Assembly: GCA_963807605.1 (NCBI GenBank)
Contig: CAWECG010000001.1
Coordinates: 73,152 to 137,151, forward strand
From: Candidatus Bathyarchaeota archaeon
Lineage (GTDB): Archaea; Thermoproteota; Bathyarchaeia; 40CM-2-53-6; RBG-13-38-9
Direction of reading: 5' to 3'
Length of the DNA stretch: 64,000 nt
The translations under genes and the position numbers were made by a program. Under the pieces are notes generated by a model that worked only from the letters and a program-made list of their open reading frames with translations, searched no databases and was not told where the DNA came from. Numbering within the stretch: position 1 is the stretch's first letter; each line of letters opens with the position of its first letter. Of the stretch, positions 61,802 to 64,000 are shown piece after piece.

Positions 61802-61959
61802 GCTCAGAACCATATACGGTCTAGACAGTACTCTATTGTACAAACTACTATTATACTTGAGTAAGTATTGTACTCGGTACTTTAGTAAAGCAGTAGTCTT
61901 TAGGCAGCAAGACCCTTTTCAAAGGTGCTCACCTAGGGACACAAAATAGTCTGCTCTAA

Positions 61960-61985
61960 CGGTTCAAATCCGAATGCTCTCACCA
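61960..61985 (+). other. tRNA 3'-end-like fragment (possible att site)
   Basis: cGGTTCAAATCCgaa-tgctctc-A-CCA has exact T-loop/acceptor/discriminator/CCA spacing, but no 5' half is visible upstream. Confidence 0.4.
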
Positions 61986-62035
61986 GCTATGGCACACACA
62001 CACAATAATATCCGATAGCGCACGCTAAGGCTTGA

Positions 62036-62191
62036 CTATACTTTATGATGAATCTTCTCAAGCTTCTCCATAATCTCGCCTAGCTCCTTGATGATCTTGA
62101 CTAGATTCGTATTTAGCATCTCAATTTCCGAATGGATACTATCGAGACACCTCATCAACTCATTTGAGTCCACAGATCCAAATTCCGGCAG
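62036..62191 (-). CDS. Small coiled-coil hypothetical protein (51 aa, CTG start)
   Basis: GGAGGTGA SD 6 nt before CTG; (M)PEFGSVDSNELMRCLDSIHSEIEMLNTNLVKIIKELGEIMEKLEKIHHKV. Confidence 0.5.
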   Translation of the reverse strand: MPEFGSVDSNELMRCLDSIHSEIEMLNTNLVKIIKELGEIMEKLEKIHHKV

Positions 62192-62281
62192 GTCTCCTCA
62201 CCTCCATATTCTTTATTCTGTATTAGCATGAGTTTGGCCCTATACTGCTCCTCAGCAGCCTTGATGATCTTCTCCCCGTTG

Positions 62282-62545
62282 CTACCAGTGAAAGAGATCT
62301 TTGAAGGCAACGATAATGTTCAGAGCGGTCAGTGCTATCAGAATGAGTGTGAGTCTGTTCAACCGGTCTGTCAGTTCATTCAGTCTCTCACTTGAATCAT
62401 AGATCAGGTAGGTGGACAATAATAAGTAGGGGTCGTTACCTGCCAGTTCTTCGTATGCACTCAGGTTCTCTGCCAGCTTTCTAATACGTGGCCGAAGGAC
62501 ACTGGCAAGCTTCCTGGTGAGCTCTTCATGCTCTTTATACATCAC
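62282..62545 (-). CDS. Small hypothetical protein with coiled coil and C-terminal TM
   Basis: SERLNELTDRLNRLT followed by hydrophobic LILIALTALNIIVAF. Confidence 0.55.
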   Translation of the reverse strand: MMYKEHEELTRKLASVLRPRIRKLAENLSAYEELAGNDPYLLLSTYLIYDSSERLNELTDRLNRLTLILIALTALNIIVAFKDLFHW

Positions 62546-62669
62546 CTAGACTCCTCTATCAGTGCGAGTCTGGCTCCCCAGTACTTCTCTGCAGCCTTGG
62601 CAAGTTTCTTCATGGCCGGTAGGTTCGTCAGCGCGAGCGCTTAAGGAAATCCTCTAGCGAGTGTGGTGC

Positions 62670-63494
62670 TCATTTTGATTGGTTCCCGATGACTGTAAGT
62701 TTGCCACTTTTGCCAACACTCACCTGCAGTTCTCCTTTGAACGCTTTTACTCTTCCGTTCTCAATGTGAACAGTATCACCGATCGAGACCAAACCTATTT
62801 GGGCGTTCCAAAATGGAAACTTGATGGACCCAGTGCCATCAGAGATTGTTGAGTTTGATACACCGAGAGGGTTACCCCCGTACCTCGAGAAGACCGTCCT
62901 CGCGATTGGTTTCTCAACGACCCGGGCTTTCAGATTGACCCATTTGACTCCCGAATTTACATCTTTGACTTTCATGTCTACAGGTATCGCCTTTTCAATT
63001 TTGTTGAGTGTCGTGTATTCGTTCCATGGAGGGCTTTCAAGGTCAATTTCCGGCAGATGCTTCAACGTTGCCCCGGTAAGGCGTAGTTGAGTGATTACCT
63101 TTTGATCTTGTGTTACGAGAAAGACACCGTCATCCTTTGTCTTTTCGCGGCATTGGATCGATATATCCTTGTACGACGATCTCTCATGCGTCCACGCATC
63201 GAAGAAGCATTCAAAAAATTTGTGCGGGTCAAGCCCGTATTTCTTCGAAACATAGAACAAGTACAAGATGTGTGTCATATCAGGCTTAAATTGCCGTTGG
63301 CCACGGGGTCTACCCCGTCCATAGTGCAACATCTCTCTTCGTAGAACATGTAAGCCTGTCAACAAGATCAGGTTATTGTGAGTTGCCTTGCTCTTTAACA
63401 TTTGATCATCAGCTAGCGCGTGGTTACTGAGGAATCTGGATGCGACGGATACTTTGCTAAGCCCTTCACTCTGAAGATCTTTGGTAGAGGTCAA
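62670..63494 (-). CDS. OB-fold ssDNA-binding (SSB/RPA-like) protein with N-terminal extension
   Basis: C-terminal MKVKD....VNLKA.VVE, I.D.TG.I...FW, GD.V.I.NG.V..FKG.LQV.V.K.G. Confidence 0.8.
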   Translation of the reverse strand: MTSTKDLQSEGLSKVSVASRFLSNHALADDQMLKSKATHNNLILLTGLHVLRREMLHYGRGRPRGQRQFKPDMTHILYLFYVSKKYGLDPHKFFECFFDAWTHERSSYKDISIQCREKTKDDGVFLVTQDQKVITQLRLTGATLKHLPEIDLESPPWNEYTTLNKIEKAIPVDMKVKDVNSGVKWVNLKARVVEKPIARTVFSRYGGNPLGVSNSTISDGTGSIKFPFWNAQIGLVSIGDTVHIENGRVKAFKGELQVSVGKSGKLTVIGNQSK

Positions 63495-63559
63495 GAGGTA
63501 TCTTAAGAGATACTGAGCCTCTTCTCCGTCTCCTCAACGTTGTTAAGAAGGTGCTGTAT

Positions 63560-64000
63560 ATGGTGACTGACGAATTCTATCGATGGAGTTGTGAAATCTC
63601 GGCAAAGGAGAAGGCAGTCGTAACTATACAGAATGTTGTCGCCACGGCAAATCTAAAACAACGCTTAGACCTAGATATCATTGCGCGATTATTTCCTGGA
63701 ACTGAGTATCGACCAGAACAATTTCCAGGGCTTGTTTTCAGATTGAAGAAACCGAAGACTGCGACACTCCTTTTCAGCTCTGGAAAGATGGTTTGCACTG
63801 GCTCTAAATCGGAACGACAAGCGAGGAAGGTAGTGTCAACTATTCTGAATGAACTCAAAAGGAATAAAATTGTTATTGTTGGCAAACCTAGCATTCAGGT
63901 ACAGAACATTGTATCTTCAGGCGGACTAGGCGGCTCAATAGATCTAGAGAAGACGACTTATTCACTGACGAAGACGATGTATGAACCTGAGCAATTTCCC
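63560..64000 (+). CDS. tbp: TATA-box binding protein (3'-truncated by window edge; not in the ORF track)
   Basis: Hand translation: ..IQNVVATANL..RLDL..IA......EYRPEQFPGLVFRL.KPK...LLF.SGKMVCTG.KS...VQNIV.S......IDLE......MYEPEQFP. Confidence 0.95.
   Translation, partial: MVTDEFYRWSCEISAKEKAVVTIQNVVATANLKQRLDLDIIARLFPGTEYRPEQFPGLVFRLKKPKTATLLFSSGKMVCTGSKSERQARKVVSTILNELKRNKIVIVGKPSIQVQNIVSSGGLGGSIDLEKTTYSLTKTMYEPEQFP

Noticed and set aside
61440-61810. CRISPR array
   Set aside because: No constant 24-40-bp repeat with unique spacers, and no cas genes.

Overview
Archaeal chromosomal segment, most likely TACK superphylum and probably Bathyarchaeia. This placement is inferred from the gene set: archaeal aaRSs, Spt5/SecE/L11/L1/P0/P1, the RpoD-L18e-L13-S9-RpoN-Eno-S2 block, KEOPS, aIF2gamma, TBP, DnaK/J/GrpE, an archaeosortase and an ESCRT-III-like domain. 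Most of the window is dense housekeeping sequence. It also holds a near-complete mevalonate/ether-lipid cluster (45.9-54.3 kb), a tnpB-only IS200/IS605 element with recognisable ends (26311-27689) and an AT-richer accessory patch at about 60.7-62.6 kb. The main finding is in argF (ornithine carbamoyltransferase). A 31-nt stop-containing, frameshifting insert interrupts the STRT carbamoyl-phosphate motif and folds into a bulge-helix-bulge/loop motif. Cutting at the canonical tRNA-splicing-endonuclease positions restores an exact 305-aa OTCase, so this is a candidate tRNA-type intron in a metabolic mRNA. Other oddities: a wHTH/truncated ESCRT-III fusion next to fen1, apparent ACG/CTG start codons, an in-frame UGA in bud32, and helically phased AAGC repeats beside a tRNA 3'-end fragment. 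All calls come from reading the sequence; no database searches were run.
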